Source: Rhynchopus sp. YZ270_cl-10 | Taxonomy: Eukaryota | Direction: 5' to 3' | Assembly: GCA_964035575.1 (NCBI GenBank) | Contig: OZ037838.1 | Coordinates: 1,736,001-1,800,000 of the forward strand | Length of the DNA stretch: 64,000 bases | In this document: positions 22,188-34,004 of the stretch, one piece after another | How the letters are laid out: each line of letters opens with the position of its first letter | How positions within the stretch are numbered: the first letter of the stretch is position 1 | Notes under the pieces: generated by a model | The model's input: only the letters and a program-made list of their open reading frames with translations | What the model was told of the DNA's origin: nothing | Database searches by the model: none | Position numbers and translations under genes: made by a program

Positions 22188-22886
22188 TGTTTTCCACAAC
22201 CTTCCTTCACTCCCCTGTAAGGGGGGTGAAGGAATGTTGTGGTTTAGGGGGGGAGTAAAGGGTCAATATTATAAACCCAGATTTTTAGGAAAATATTGGC
22301 CGACTTTCTCTCTGTCTATTTTTCTCTCTTCGCAAAAGCGGAACTTGGATACACCATGGATACACATGAAAAGGAGTTCCGTGCTATTCACAGAATTCGA
22401 TTGAGCGTATCTAACAACAACCAAAACAAAAGAAAGTACAAAGAAGAGAATAAAAAATGCAGGAAATATAGACAAAGAGATTTTGACAAAAGGACAATAA
22501 AACACACAGCGCGTCCGTTGTTTTGTTTTTCTCAGCTGCACCTTTTTTCATAAACTTTCCCACCCTCCGCACTCAAAAAAGTATTTTAAGACGAAAAATA
22601 AAGAAAAGTTAGTCATTCCTTTTGCTATTGCAGTGCATTCAAAGCTGCACACGTTGACACAGTTTCTGTGTATTCCCTTCCCCCTTAACTGTGCACTCAT
22701 CTCATTTCTGTACTTCAAGCAAAGAAGATGCTGGACATCGTTTCGTAGTGGACGTGTGATGGTGCCTTTGTCGCCTTTGCCACCTTGATCACCTTCTCCT
22801 GAAACCATGACACACAAACGCACACAACAAAACAACCCACACCTCATCTCCTCCCAACAGAGGTGGAACAAGAAGAAGACAAACCA

Positions 22887-23993
22887 ATGGATGTGACCTT
22901 TGTGCTAGAAGAGTCAGGCGTGACTGCGACAGTGGAGGTGCCGTGCGAGGCGGACGTTGCAGCGGCAAAGGAGGTTGCGTGCACGGCGCTTGCTGTCTCG
23001 CCTGCGTCTGTCGAGATGCGCATCGGCACGCAGGTGCTGGAGGGGACGTGCCGTCTGCAGGACACTGCTTTTGATGCAGGGGTGCAGGTTGTGCTTGCCT
23101 GCCGCTTTGCCAATATCAAGTGTCCTGCTGAGTACGCTGTAACACCGGATGCGGAACACTTATCGCTGTCGGGTTGTGGAACGCTCTGCATTTACCGTGA
23201 CAACAGACTTATTTGTGGCTTCGACACCGAAACCTTCAACACTGCCTTCGAGTTCACACTGGACTCTGTGTGCGACGTGCCTGCAATCTCGGCTTGCAGG
23301 ACACGCTGCTACCTGGTGTGCAAGGACGATGACATTTTACACGAGGTTGCGCTTCCTAGTGGGGAGGTGGTCCGCAATGTAGAAGGCGTCGCGTACTCGG
23401 TGTTCGCGTGTGGCGGTGTTGTTGTCTCGAAGGGCGAAGGTGGCGTCTCTGTGTATGACGAAGACCTGACGTTGATCCGCACTCTCTCGCACGAAGAGTG
23501 CAGGGAGGTGGCAGTGTCTGACTGTGGTGGGTGGGTGATCACCTCCTCCTACAGTGAGAACAACGCACGTCTGTGGGATGTGAACACAGGTGAAGCTGTG
23601 GCATGTGTGCCTGTATCAAAGCGTTGTCGTGTTGTCGCGCTTTCACGGTCTGCCTCTGTCTTTGCTGTGGTGGGGGTGCGCAAAAGTGTGCACCTCTATG
23701 ACTGGAGTGGTGCGGCTCTTCGCAGTGTTGCTGTGGGTGAGAATATTGACGGCATGCAGTTCACCCCATGTGGGAAGTACCTTGTCGTCAATTTAGAATT
23801 CGATTATTGGGCTACTGATAGCAGCGATACGTACGAGCTTCGCCAGTATAATGTTGCGAACATGTCCTGTGTGCTCAGGATTGAGAATGTTGAGAACCCA
23901 TCGTTTGCGATATCGCCATGTTCACGTGTGGTTGTGTGTCAGGAAGGCTCCTCCATTGTCACCAGACATCTGTACCCATACAACAGTGAGTGA
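22887..23993 (+). CDS. UBL + WD40 beta-propeller protein
   Basis: Intact paralogue. Confidence 0.9.
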   Translation: MDVTFVLEESGVTATVEVPCEADVAAAKEVACTALAVSPASVEMRIGTQVLEGTCRLQDTAFDAGVQVVLACRFANIKCPAEYAVTPDAEHLSLSGCGTLCIYRDNRLICGFDTETFNTAFEFTLDSVCDVPAISACRTRCYLVCKDDDILHEVALPSGEVVRNVEGVAYSVFACGGVVVSKGEGGVSVYDEDLTLIRTLSHEECREVAVSDCGGWVITSSYSENNARLWDVNTGEAVACVPVSKRCRVVALSRSASVFAVVGVRKSVHLYDWSGAALRSVAVGENIDGMQFTPCGKYLVVNLEFDYWATDSSDTYELRQYNVANMSCVLRIENVENPSFAISPCSRVVVCQEGSSIVTRHLYPYNSE

Positions 23994-24014
23994 TGTTTTT
24001 TTTCGTTAGTAAGA

Positions 24015-25068
24015 CATGGGTAATATCTGGATCCAGATTCCAGGTAATTCCAGAAAAATTCCAGAAAAATTCCAGGTATTCCAGATCTGGATTTTTTCTG
24101 GAATTGGGCTTTTTTACTGTTCGTGACTGTGTGTCTTACGTATGTACCAAGAATTTGTCCATTTTGGAAAAGTGACCCCACTACTGGACGGACAGATTCC
24201 AAAAATGCAAATGCCGGTGTTTTTGGACGATGCATATTTCCCGGCCTTAAAAAGTGGACCCCCCACTGTCACCGGAACACCATGTGATGGAAATTCTAAC
24301 ACTATTTATTTCAAATGTGTGTTTTTGGGTTTAAATAGCCGTTAAGGGGGGTTCTACTCCATTAAATAAATCGAGTAAAAATATGGTGAACTCAGAGGAG
24401 GGGGACATTCGGTTCGAAAAACGCAATTTCGGGCAATTAGAGCAAAAACAACGCCCTCAAATACAAGAATCAGTTTTGGAAAATCCCACTTTTTGGCTGA
24501 GTGTGTAAAGTAACCAGACCAGGTTGTGAAAAATAGCCGCTGGTTTTTTTTGATTGGGAAGATCGAGCGCGAAAACGTCCAAATACATTTTTTTTATTAG
24601 TCTTTGCCATTGTCGCTGAAGCGCTCACTCCCCTCTATCCCCGAGTTCTCTTCCTATTCACATTTACACTGTGTAGAGAGAACAACAAAAACCATGGGGA
24701 GGGAACCAAACGCAACGACCACGCAAGTGAAAAAGATTGCGGTGAAACAGAGGGAACAGAATAGGAAGAGGGTAGACAGCAGCAGCAGCAACAACAGTTC
24801 TAGCAGTGTCAGTGTCAGTGGCAGTGGCAGCGACAGCATCACCAGCAGCAGTGGAAGCAGCAGTGTCAAAAACCGAGTGTTTTGTCATCGTCCACACTTC
24901 CAGATCGGAATGTGTGTTTGTGTTGCGTGCAGATTTCTGCTTAAACCCACCTGGAATACACCTGGAATTGACCTGGAATCACCTGGAATACCTGGAAAAA
25001 ACCTAGAATTTCACGAGAAATCTGAGAAACCTGGAATCACCTGGAACTGGATCCAGATACTACCCATG
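24015..25068. mobile_element. ~1.05-kb non-autonomous TIR element
   Basis: TIR CATGGGTA(A/G)TATCTGGATCCAG at both ends; GTAAGA directly repeated on both flanks; many subterminal CCTGGAAT/ATTCCAG repeats; the right flank matches uninterrupted spacers at ~26911 and ~32511. Confidence 0.8.
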
Positions 25069-25335
25069 GTAAGAGAAACCCGAATGGAGTGGGAACGTAG
25101 TGAGAGCGAAGCGGAAACGATAGTGGTGTGATGTTTTATTCTTCCCCACAAACATGTCACCCACTAGCCAGTGAGGGAATATTTTGAAGATAACGACCAC
25201 ACCACCCTTTTACACTTGCCTTGTACATACAGTATTCTGTTGGTGGAAACTACTGACAAGAACGAAACACACAAAACAAAACAACCCACACCTCACCTCC
25301 TCCCAACAGAGGTGGAACAAGAAAAAGACAAAACA

Positions 25336-26454
25336 ATGGATGTGACCTTTGTGCTGGAAGAGTCAGGCGTGACTGCGACAGTGGAGGTGCCGTGCGAGGC
25401 GGACGTTGCAGCGGCAAAGGAGGTTGCGTGCACGGTGCTTGCTGTCTCGCCTGCGTCTGTCGAGATGCGCATCGGCACGCAGGTGCTGGAGGGGACGTGC
25501 CGTCTGCAGGACACTGCGTTTGATGCAGGGGTGCAGGTTGTGCTTGCCCGTCCTCGTTTTGCCGACATCAAGTGTCCTGGCGGGTACAATGCGAAAGAGG
25601 GGGCGCAGGAAGTGTCGCTGTCGCGTTGTGGAACGCTCTGCATGTATCGTGACAACAGGCTCATTTGTGGCTTCGACACCGAAACCTTCAACACTGCCTT
25701 CGAGTTCACACTGGCTTCTTCTGTGTACCGCGGAGCCATCTCGCAGTGCAAGACACGCTGCTACCTGGTGTGCAGGGAAGGTATACATGTGTTTGCGCTT
25801 CCGGGTGGTGAGGTGCTCCGAAAAGTCAACGCCGTCTCAGAGTCTGTGTCCGCGTGTAGCGGTGTTGTTGTCTCCCAAGGCACAGACGGCGTCTCTGTGT
25901 ATGACGAAGACCTGACGTTGCTCCGCTCTCTCACACACGAAGGGTGCACTGGCATCGCAGTGTCGGACTGTGGTGGGTGGGTGATCACCTCCTCCGACAC
26001 GGAGAAGAACGCACGTCTGTGGGATGTGAACACAGGTGAATCTGTGGCATGTGTGCCTGTATACAGCAAGACAGATACAGCAAGACGGTGTAGTGTTGTT
26101 GCACTTTCACGGTCTGCCTCTGTCTTTGCTGTGGCGAGCTCTGGCGGCGTGCAGCTCTATGACTGGAGTGGTGCGGCTCTTCGCGTTGTTGTTGTGGGTG
26201 CGCATGTTGTGGGCATGCAGTTCACCCCATGTGGGAAGTACTTTGTAGTCCACTTATTATTAAATTTATGTGTGACTGATCATAGTTTGAAATTCGAGCT
26301 TCGCCAGTATGATGTTGCGAACATGTCCTGTGTGCTCAGGATTGAGAATGTTGAGAACCCATTGTTTGCGATATCGCCATGTTCACGTGTGGTTGTGTGT
26401 CAGGAAGGCTCCTCCATTGTCACCAGACATCTGTCCCCACACAACAGTGAGTGA
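25336..26454 (+). CDS. UBL + WD40 beta-propeller protein
   Basis: Intact paralogue with an inserted loop YSKTDTARR. Confidence 0.9.
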   Translation: MDVTFVLEESGVTATVEVPCEADVAAAKEVACTVLAVSPASVEMRIGTQVLEGTCRLQDTAFDAGVQVVLARPRFADIKCPGGYNAKEGAQEVSLSRCGTLCMYRDNRLICGFDTETFNTAFEFTLASSVYRGAISQCKTRCYLVCREGIHVFALPGGEVLRKVNAVSESVSACSGVVVSQGTDGVSVYDEDLTLLRSLTHEGCTGIAVSDCGGWVITSSDTEKNARLWDVNTGESVACVPVYSKTDTARRCSVVALSRSASVFAVASSGGVQLYDWSGAALRVVVVGAHVVGMQFTPCGKYFVVHLLLNLCVTDHSLKFELRQYDVANMSCVLRIENVENPLFAISPCSRVVVCQEGSSIVTRHLSPHNSE

Positions 26455-27377
26455 TGTATTTTTTTGTGTCCTGGGCTGGACCTTAAATGGCATCCTGGCG
26501 GCTGCAAAATGCTCGATACCATCGTGAAGGTCGCGCGTCTGTGTCTCCCCTCCCCCGTACAACGTTTCTTTTGTTGTCAGACCGGTCTTACCGCCACATC
26601 CTTGTAGGAGTTGTGCTGTCTGTATACTACTTTGGGATTTTTCAATGTTGTGTTCACTGTTTCTTTTTGTTATATTCCTTTGTACGAGTATGCAATGCGC
26701 CTGAAATGAAAGACACGCTCTTCAGTTGCCATGAATCTTACCGTTTTCCGGATGCGATCAACAAACAACGAATTAATAAAGAAAGGGGATATTTTTCATT
26801 TTTCTTTGTAATCTTATTCTCCTGGTATCTGGCCAAGCGGCGCTCAACCAATGATACGTGGACGCCGGTTTTTGTTACGCCAGATACAAGATAGAACATC
26901 TTATGTTTCTAAGTAAGAGAAAACCGAATGGAGTGGGAACGCTAGTGAGAGCGCAGCAGAAACGATAGTGGGAACGCAACGGGCTTCTTTCATAATGTTT
27001 TATTCTTCACCACAAAATATCACGCGCAGAGAAACACTCGTTTTTCACACAGCGCGTCCGTTTGTTTGTTTTTCTCAAACGACACCTTTTTTCAAAATAA
27101 TTTCCCACCCTCCGCACCCTTTAAAATAAATAAAAAACGTGTTAGTCATTCCTTTTGCTATCGCAGTTATTCTAAAGCTGCACGCATTGACACTTGCGGA
27201 ACCCTCTGAGGGGGATGCATCAGCATGGCTGGTATGCATGGCATGGATGTCTGTGTGTCTTTTTTAGGTTTTGGGAATGCACCCACCCGCCCCTGATTTT
27301 TTCTTCTTTCAAAAAAACAGTGGAGATTGCACAACTGTGGCAACACAACCGAGGCAACTACACTACTCCAACAATTT

Positions 27378-27676
27378 CAGGGCCTCCGCTAGGTACTAAA
27401 GTTCTGTTGATTGTCAACAGAACTTTTTGAAAATGGGGAGGAAAAATAAAATAAAAAAAGTTCTGCTGAGTGGTTCAGACCCGTTCTACCTGTCAGAAAA
27501 GCTCAGGAGAAGAAGATATGGAGAGGTGAGTGCTCAAACGTCCCAAAAAAGTCAAAATCGGGCGTTGGGAAAAATAAAAAAGTTGCGTACCGTGCGCCTG
27601 CGGCGCAAGCATGTACCCACCAACGTGGACTATCAACAGAACTTTTTCAAAATCGGAAATCCTAGCGGAGAGCCCG
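27378..27676. mobile_element. hAT-like MITE, 299 bp
   Basis: 8-bp TSD AACAATTT (27370-27377 / 27677-27684); imperfect TIR CAGGGCCTCCGCTAGG / CCTAGCGGAGAGCCCG; inserted into the poly(A)-tailed repeat whose empty form is at ~13300. Confidence 0.85.
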
Positions 27677-28140
27677 AACAATTTATCAAAAAAAAAAAAA
27701 AAAAGTAATCCTGTGGTAGGCTCCGCCGTATGTGCATGGACAGGGCTGAACATGGGTAGTTCCGTGCTATTCACAGAACTCGATAGGCGATTGAGCGTAT
27801 CTAACAACAACCAAAACAAAGGAACGTACAAAGATGAGAATATAAAATGCAGGAAAAATAGACAAAGAGAAAAACAAAGAGATTTTGACAAAGTGAACAA
27901 TAAAATTTTTACTTTCAGCTTGACTTTTGTTCTGGTGTTTTTCGACCAGTGGATGTTTCTCGGTATCTGATCATTACTTGAACTCACCAGCTATTACGTC
28001 GTGGTTGTATCCCCGTTTCTCCCTTGTTTGTTGCTCCGCCCTTTTCTGTAGGCACAACTAAACCATGACAAATACACAAAACAAAGCAACCCACACCTCA
28101 TCTCCTCCCAACAGAGGTGGAACAAGAAGAAGACAAAACA

Positions 28141-29298
28141 ATGGATGCGACCTTTGTGCTGGAAGAGTCAGGCGTGACTGCGACAGTGGAGGTGCCGTGC
28201 GAGGCGGACGTTGCAGCGGCAAAGGAGGTTGCGTGCACGGCGCTTGCTGTCTCGCCTGCGTCTGTCGAGATGCGCATCGGCACGCAGGTGCTGGAGGAGA
28301 CGTGCCGTCTGCAGGACACTGCGTTTGATGCAGGGGTGCAGGTTGTGCTTGCCCGCCGCTTTGCCAACATCAAGTGTCCTGCTGCGCACAGTCTGCCGGA
28401 AGACATGTGCAGCTTGCATAATTTCTCGTTGTCTTCTTGTGGATCGCTCTGTGTCTATTACTACTCGGAAGATTACATTTACCATACCAGTGCCGTCGTC
28501 GGCTTTGACACAGAAACCTTCGAGACTGCCTTCAAGTTTGAAGTCGAATTCGGTGGGCTTGGTCCAGCTGCCATCTCACGGTGCAAGACACACTGCTACA
28601 TGGCGTTCAGGCATTGTCTTGCCAAGGTTGCGCTTCCGGGTGGGGAGGTGGTCCGCAAAGTCGACGGCCTCTCGACGTGGGTGTTCGCGTGTGGCGGTGT
28701 TGTTGTCTCCCAAGGCAAAGACGGCGTCTCTGTGTATGACGAAGACCTGACGTTGCTCCGCACTCTCTCACACGAAGGGTGCGCTGTCATTGCAGTGTCT
28801 GACTGTGGTGGATGGGTGATCACCTCCTCCAACACGGAGCAGAACGCACGTCTGTGGGATGTGAACACAGGTGAAGCCGTTGCATGTGTGCCTGCGGATG
28901 GGAGACACGTAGCCCTTTCACGGTCTGCCTCTGTCTTTGCTGTGGAGTGCTCTCAGAAAATGCAGCTCTATGACTGGAGTGGTGCGGCTCTTCGTAGCTT
29001 TGAAGAGGAGGAGTCTCGCGTCTTTGCCGTGCAGTTCACTCCGTGTGGGAAGTACGTCGTTGTTGGGTTTGAGAGTGGTGACTTTGTTCTGAATGCTTAT
29101 TTAGAGCACACCCTACACCAGTATGACGTGGCGACCATGTCCTGTGTGCATGTGATACCAAATGCCGACCAAGCTACGTTTGCGATATCGCCGTGTTCAC
29201 GTGTCGTTTTGTTTGAGTCAAGAATCAGTGACAAGCTTGTGTCACAGCATCTCTACCCCTACTTGAGTGATGTTTCGGATGAAGACAGAGAAGAGTAG
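28141..29298 (+). CDS. UBL + WD40 beta-propeller protein (YLSDVSDE tail)
   Basis: Intact paralogue, starts MDATFVLEESG. Confidence 0.9.
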   Translation: MDATFVLEESGVTATVEVPCEADVAAAKEVACTALAVSPASVEMRIGTQVLEETCRLQDTAFDAGVQVVLARRFANIKCPAAHSLPEDMCSLHNFSLSSCGSLCVYYYSEDYIYHTSAVVGFDTETFETAFKFEVEFGGLGPAAISRCKTHCYMAFRHCLAKVALPGGEVVRKVDGLSTWVFACGGVVVSQGKDGVSVYDEDLTLLRTLSHEGCAVIAVSDCGGWVITSSNTEQNARLWDVNTGEAVACVPADGRHVALSRSASVFAVECSQKMQLYDWSGAALRSFEEEESRVFAVQFTPCGKYVVVGFESGDFVLNAYLEHTLHQYDVATMSCVHVIPNADQATFAISPCSRVVLFESRISDKLVSQHLYPYLSDVSDEDREE

Positions 29299-29528
29299 CC
29301 CTGATGAGCACAACAGCGTGCAGCTCTATGATTGTAGCAGTGCGGCTCTTAGCAGCTTTGATGAAGCATGGTCATGTCAGGGTGTGCAGTGCACCCTGTG
29401 TGGGAAGTACCTCCTCGCTGTCGCTGAGTACTGCGGTGTGTTGCTATCGTGCGTTGCATCAGTATTTACGCTGCACCCTCGACCTACTAACCTGTGAGGG
29501 AATTCATTTTGAGACATTTTGAGGAGGC

Positions 29529-29623
29529 GTTTGTTTGAGTCAGGAGAAGGTGCCAACCTTGTGTCACAGCATCTGTACCCCTACTTGAGAAATGTTACGT
29601 GGGATGAAAACAGAGAAGAGTAG
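29529..29623 (+). pseudogene. Orphan 3' end of a UBL-WD40 gene
   Basis: tttgtttgagtcaggagaaggtgccaaccttgtgtcacagcatctgtacccctacttgag matches the end of the 6828 gene (FESGEGANLVSQHLYPYL). Confidence 0.8.
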
Positions 29624-29792
29624 CCCTCAGTTTGATATTTTGAGGATAACGCCCTTTTCCTCTCTTTTTCGCTTTTTCTTTTCCGTCTGTCGGTGGAGTT
29701 AACAACAACGAAAAACATCACAAACACACAAAACAACACAACCCACACCTCACCTCCTCCCAACAGAGGTGGAACAAGAAGAAGACAAAACA

Positions 29793-30884
29793 ATGGATGT
29801 GACCTTTGTGCTGGAAGAATCAGGCGTGACTGCGACAGTGGAGGTGCCGTGCGAGGCGGACGTTGCAGCGGCAAAGGAGGTTGCGTGCACGGCGCTTGCT
29901 GTCTCGCCTGCGTCTGTCGAGATGCGCATCGGCACGCAGGTGCTGGAGGGGACGTGCCGTCTGCAGGACACTGCGTTTGATGCAGGGGTGCAGGTTGTGC
30001 TTGCCCGCCGCTTTGCCAACATCAAGTGTCCTGCTGCCTACCCTTCCGAGTCTATCCGAGGAAGGTTCGTTCTGTCGTGTTGTGGAGCGCTGTGCCTCTA
30101 CTCTCCCTGCGAGAATGGGGCTGTTGTCGGCTTCGACACAGAAACCTTCAACACTGCCTTCGAGTTCACACTGGCCTCTTCTGTGTCCAGCGCACCTGCC
30201 ATCTCGCAGTGCAAGACACGCTGCTACCTGGCCTGTATGGAAGGCCTTCTCGAGGTTGCGCTTCCGGGTGGGGAGGTGCTCCACAAAGTCGACGGCGTCT
30301 CGAGAGCAGTGTTCGCGTGTGGCGGTGTTGTTGTCTCGAAGAGCACTGACGGCGTCTCTGTGTATGACGAAGACCTGACGTTGCTCCGCTCTCTCTCGCA
30401 CGAAGGGTGCACTGGCATTACAGTGTCTGACTGTGGTGGGTGGGTGATCACCTCCTCCAAGAACGAGAAGAACGCACGTCTGTGGGATGTGAACAGAGGT
30501 GAAGCTGTGGCATGTGTGCCTGTATCAAGGCCTGCTGTCGCGCTTTCACGGTGTGCCTCTGTCTTTGCTGTGGTGGGGCTGAACAGAAGCGTGGAGCTCT
30601 ATGACTGGAGTGGTGCTCTTCGCGGTGTTGTTGTGGGTGTTAATGTTAAAGGCATGCAGTTCACCCCATGTGGGAAGTACTTTGTGGGAAGCTTTTTGTC
30701 CTATGATTTGATGACTAAATACGAGCTTCGCCAGTACAATGTTGCGAACATGTCCTGTGTGCTCAGGATTGAGAATGTTAGTAGCTCATCGTTTGCGATA
30801 TCGCCATGTTCACGTGTGGTTGTGTGTCAGGAAGGCCCCTCCATTGTCACCAGACATCTGTACCCACACAGCAGTCTGTCTTAA
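29793..30884 (+). CDS. UBL + WD40 beta-propeller protein
   Basis: Intact paralogue. Confidence 0.9.
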   Translation: MDVTFVLEESGVTATVEVPCEADVAAAKEVACTALAVSPASVEMRIGTQVLEGTCRLQDTAFDAGVQVVLARRFANIKCPAAYPSESIRGRFVLSCCGALCLYSPCENGAVVGFDTETFNTAFEFTLASSVSSAPAISQCKTRCYLACMEGLLEVALPGGEVLHKVDGVSRAVFACGGVVVSKSTDGVSVYDEDLTLLRSLSHEGCTGITVSDCGGWVITSSKNEKNARLWDVNRGEAVACVPVSRPAVALSRCASVFAVVGLNRSVELYDWSGALRGVVVGVNVKGMQFTPCGKYFVGSFLSYDLMTKYELRQYNVANMSCVLRIENVSSSSFAISPCSRVVVCQEGPSIVTRHLYPHSSLS

Positions 30885-31278
30885 CAGAACTATCTCGTGC
30901 GAGTGTGGTAGCAACAACAGAGGCAAATGGTGGTGTCAGTTTGCACTTTGCTTTTATACGACAACAACAGAACCAACAGCCACACCAAATTAATTTGCCA
31001 CAAGACGAAACATCTAACAAAGCCCACACCTCATCTCCTCCTACTGACGCATCTTGCGTTGCATCAGTATTTGCGTTGCACCCTCGACCTACTAGCCTGT
31101 GAGGGAATTCATTTTGAGATATTTTGAAGATAACGACCACACCACCCTTTTTCTTGCCTTGTAAAAACATGATTCTGTTGGTGGAAACTACTGACAAGAA
31201 CGAAAGCATCACAAACACACAAAACAACCCACACCTCATCTCCTCCCAACAGAAATGGAACAAGAAGAAGACAAAACA

Positions 31279-32364
31279 ATGGATGTGACCTTTGTGCTGG
31301 AAGAGTCAGGCATGACTGCGACAGTGGAGGTGCCGTGCGAGGCGGACGTTGCAGCGGCAAAGGAGGTTGCGTGCACGGCGCTTGCTGTCTCGCCTGCGTC
31401 TGTCGAGATGCGCATCGGCACGCAGGTGCTGGAGGGGACGTGCCGTCTGCAGGACACTGCGTTTGATGCAGGGGTGCAGGTTGTGCTTGCCCGCCGCTTT
31501 GCCAACATCAAGTGTCCTGCTGAGTACAGTGCATCACCGGATACGCAACACTTATCGCTGTCGGGTTGTGGAACGCTCTGCATTTATGGGGACAACAGTG
31601 GGGTCATTTGTGGCTTCGACACCGAAACCTTCAACACTTCCTTCGAGTTCACACTGCCCTCTTCTGTGTCCAGCGCACCTGCCATCTCGCAGTGCAAGAC
31701 ACACTGCTACCTGGCGTGTGAGGACGATGATAGTTTATGCGAGGTTGCGCTTCCGGGCGGGGAGGTGCTCCGCAAAGTCGACGGCGTCTCGTACTCGGTG
31801 TTTGCGTGTGGCGGTGTTGTTGTCTCACAGGACCATAAGGGCGTCTCTGTGTATGACGAAGACCTGACGTTGCTCCGCACTCTCTCACACGAAGGATGCA
31901 GGAAGGTGGCAGTGTCTGACTGTGGTGGGTGGGTGATGACCTCCTCCCTCAGTGAGAAGAAGGCACGTCTGTGGGATGTGAACACAGGTGAAACTGTGGC
32001 ATGTGTGCCTGTATCAAAGCGTTGTGGTGTTGTCGCGCTCTCACGATGTGACTCTGTCTTTGCTGTGGTGGGGGTGAACAAAAGCGTGCTCCTCTATGAC
32101 TGGAGTGGTGCGGCTCTTCGCAGTGGTTTTCTGGGTGCGGGCATTAAGGGCATGCAGTTCACCCCATGTGGGAAGTACCTTGTGGTCAACTTCTGGTTCA
32201 GGGACGAGCTTCGCCAGTACAATGTTGCGAACATGTCCTGTGTGCTCAGGGTTGAGAATGTTAGCAAGTCATCGTTTGCGATATCGCCATGTTCACGTGT
32301 GGTGGTGTGTCAGGAAGGCTCCTCCATTGTCACCAGACACCTGTCCCCACACAACAGTGAGTGA
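31279..32364 (+). CDS. UBL + WD40 beta-propeller protein
   Basis: Intact paralogue; a point change creates an alternative in-frame ATG at 31255. Confidence 0.9.
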   Translation: MDVTFVLEESGMTATVEVPCEADVAAAKEVACTALAVSPASVEMRIGTQVLEGTCRLQDTAFDAGVQVVLARRFANIKCPAEYSASPDTQHLSLSGCGTLCIYGDNSGVICGFDTETFNTSFEFTLPSSVSSAPAISQCKTHCYLACEDDDSLCEVALPGGEVLRKVDGVSYSVFACGGVVVSQDHKGVSVYDEDLTLLRTLSHEGCRKVAVSDCGGWVMTSSLSEKKARLWDVNTGETVACVPVSKRCGVVALSRCDSVFAVVGVNKSVLLYDWSGAALRSGFLGAGIKGMQFTPCGKYLVVNFWFRDELRQYNVANMSCVLRVENVSKSSFAISPCSRVVVCQEGSSIVTRHLSPHNSE

Positions 32365-32578
32365 TGCTTTCCACAGCCTTCCTTCACTCCCCTGTAAGGG
32401 TGAATGTGGTATATAGTATTGAAATCAATGTAGGGGGAGTAAAGGTCAATATTACAAACCCATATTTTTAGGAAAGTATGGGCCAACTTTCTCTCCGTCT
32501 ATTTTTTTCTAAGTAAGAGAAAACCGAATGGAGTGCAACGAACGTTAGTGAGAGCGCAGCGGAAACGATGGTGGGAAC

Positions 32579-33489
32579 CAGGGGTCCTAAGAGTGGTAAC
32601 TTTTACCACTTCTGAAGTGACCTTTTTTATTTTTTTGAAATCCGAAGGTCACTTCGAAGTGACCTTCGAAAAGTGCCCTAAAAAGTGACCTTTTTATTTT
32701 TATTTTTTGAAATCCGGTGTCACGAAGTGACCTCGGATGCTTAACATACACCGGGAACACGTTGGAGGGTCCGGGAATTTTTTTTCTTTTTTGCCAAGAT
32801 CAGGGGTCTGCAGGGCTGCAGGTTGCCACAATTTTAAGCGCATTTTTTTGAAATGTTGCGTACCGTGGCTTCGCCAGAAACTTTCGTTTTAGAAAAATAC
32901 GTAAGTAATTTACGGAAACTGACGATAATTACCAACGACAGTGCCATTTTATGTCAACATTTTTTAGAAATGTTGCGTACCGTGGCTTCGCCAGAAACTT
33001 TCGTTTTAGCAAAATACGTAAGTAATTTACGGAAACTGACGATAATTACCAACGACAGTGCCATTTTATGTCAACATTTTTTAGAAATGTTGCGTACCGT
33101 GGCTTCGCCAGGAACCTTTGGGTGACATGACCGCCGTTTCTTTTATTAATGTACTGAGGTTACTGATAAGAAGGCTGACACCCACTAAACATCTGCCAAA
33201 ACATCTGCCTATGGCTGTGTTGTGTTGTTCGTGGTAAGAAGCATAACGGTGGCATCAGACTGCGACACCGCGAAATTGCCTCACAAAAAAAAAATCGTAT
33301 CTAGTACTCTGTCCCTATGATACGGCGATAACCAACGTCCGGTGTATGTCCGAGGAATTTGCACCTTTTCGACCTCACTTTTGTTGTTCCTCTGAGGGGG
33401 GAAAGTTTTTTTTTTCCCTCCCCAAAAAACGAGAAGTGACCTTGAAGTTACCATTTTTAATTTTTTTGAGAACAGCGTTAGGACCCCTG
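32579..33489. mobile_element. Non-autonomous hAT element, copy 1
   Basis: TIR CAGGGGTCCTAA / TTAGGACCCCTG; perfect 8-bp TSD GTGGGAAC; empty site at ~26968; internal ~117-bp tandem unit x~2.3. Confidence 0.93.
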
Positions 33490-34004
33490 GTGGGAACGCA
33501 ACGAGCTTTTTTCATAATGTTTTATTCTTCCTCACAAAATATGACGCGCAGAGAAACACTCGTTTTTCACACAGCGCGTCCGTTGTTTGTTTTTTCTCAA
33601 CTACACCTTTTTTCAAAAAAATTTCCCCCCGGTATCACATAATATACTGTCTTTCCATGGATACACATGGAAAGGGGTTCCGTGCTATTCACAGAGCTCG
33701 ATAGGCGATTGAGCGTATCTAACAACAACCAATACAAAGAAAGTACAAAGAAGAGAATATAAAATTCAGATACGTTGACAGAGTTTATGTGTATGCCCTT
33801 CCCCCTTTACTGTGCACTCATCTCATTTCTGTACTTCAGGCAAAGAAGATGCTGGACATCGTTTCGTAGTGGACGTGTGATGATGTCTCTGTGTCTTTGC
33901 CACCTTGATCACCTTCTCCTGAAACCGTGACACAAACACACAAAACAAAACAACCCACACCTCACCTCCTCCCAACAGAGGTGGAACAAGAAGAAGACAA
34001 ACCA

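Noticed and set aside
32850..33115. CRISPR-like repeat (GAAATGTTGCGTACCGTGGCTTCGCCAG x3)
   Set aside because: The intervening sequences are identical, so this is a tandem repeat inside a hAT element; no cas genes and a eukaryotic context.
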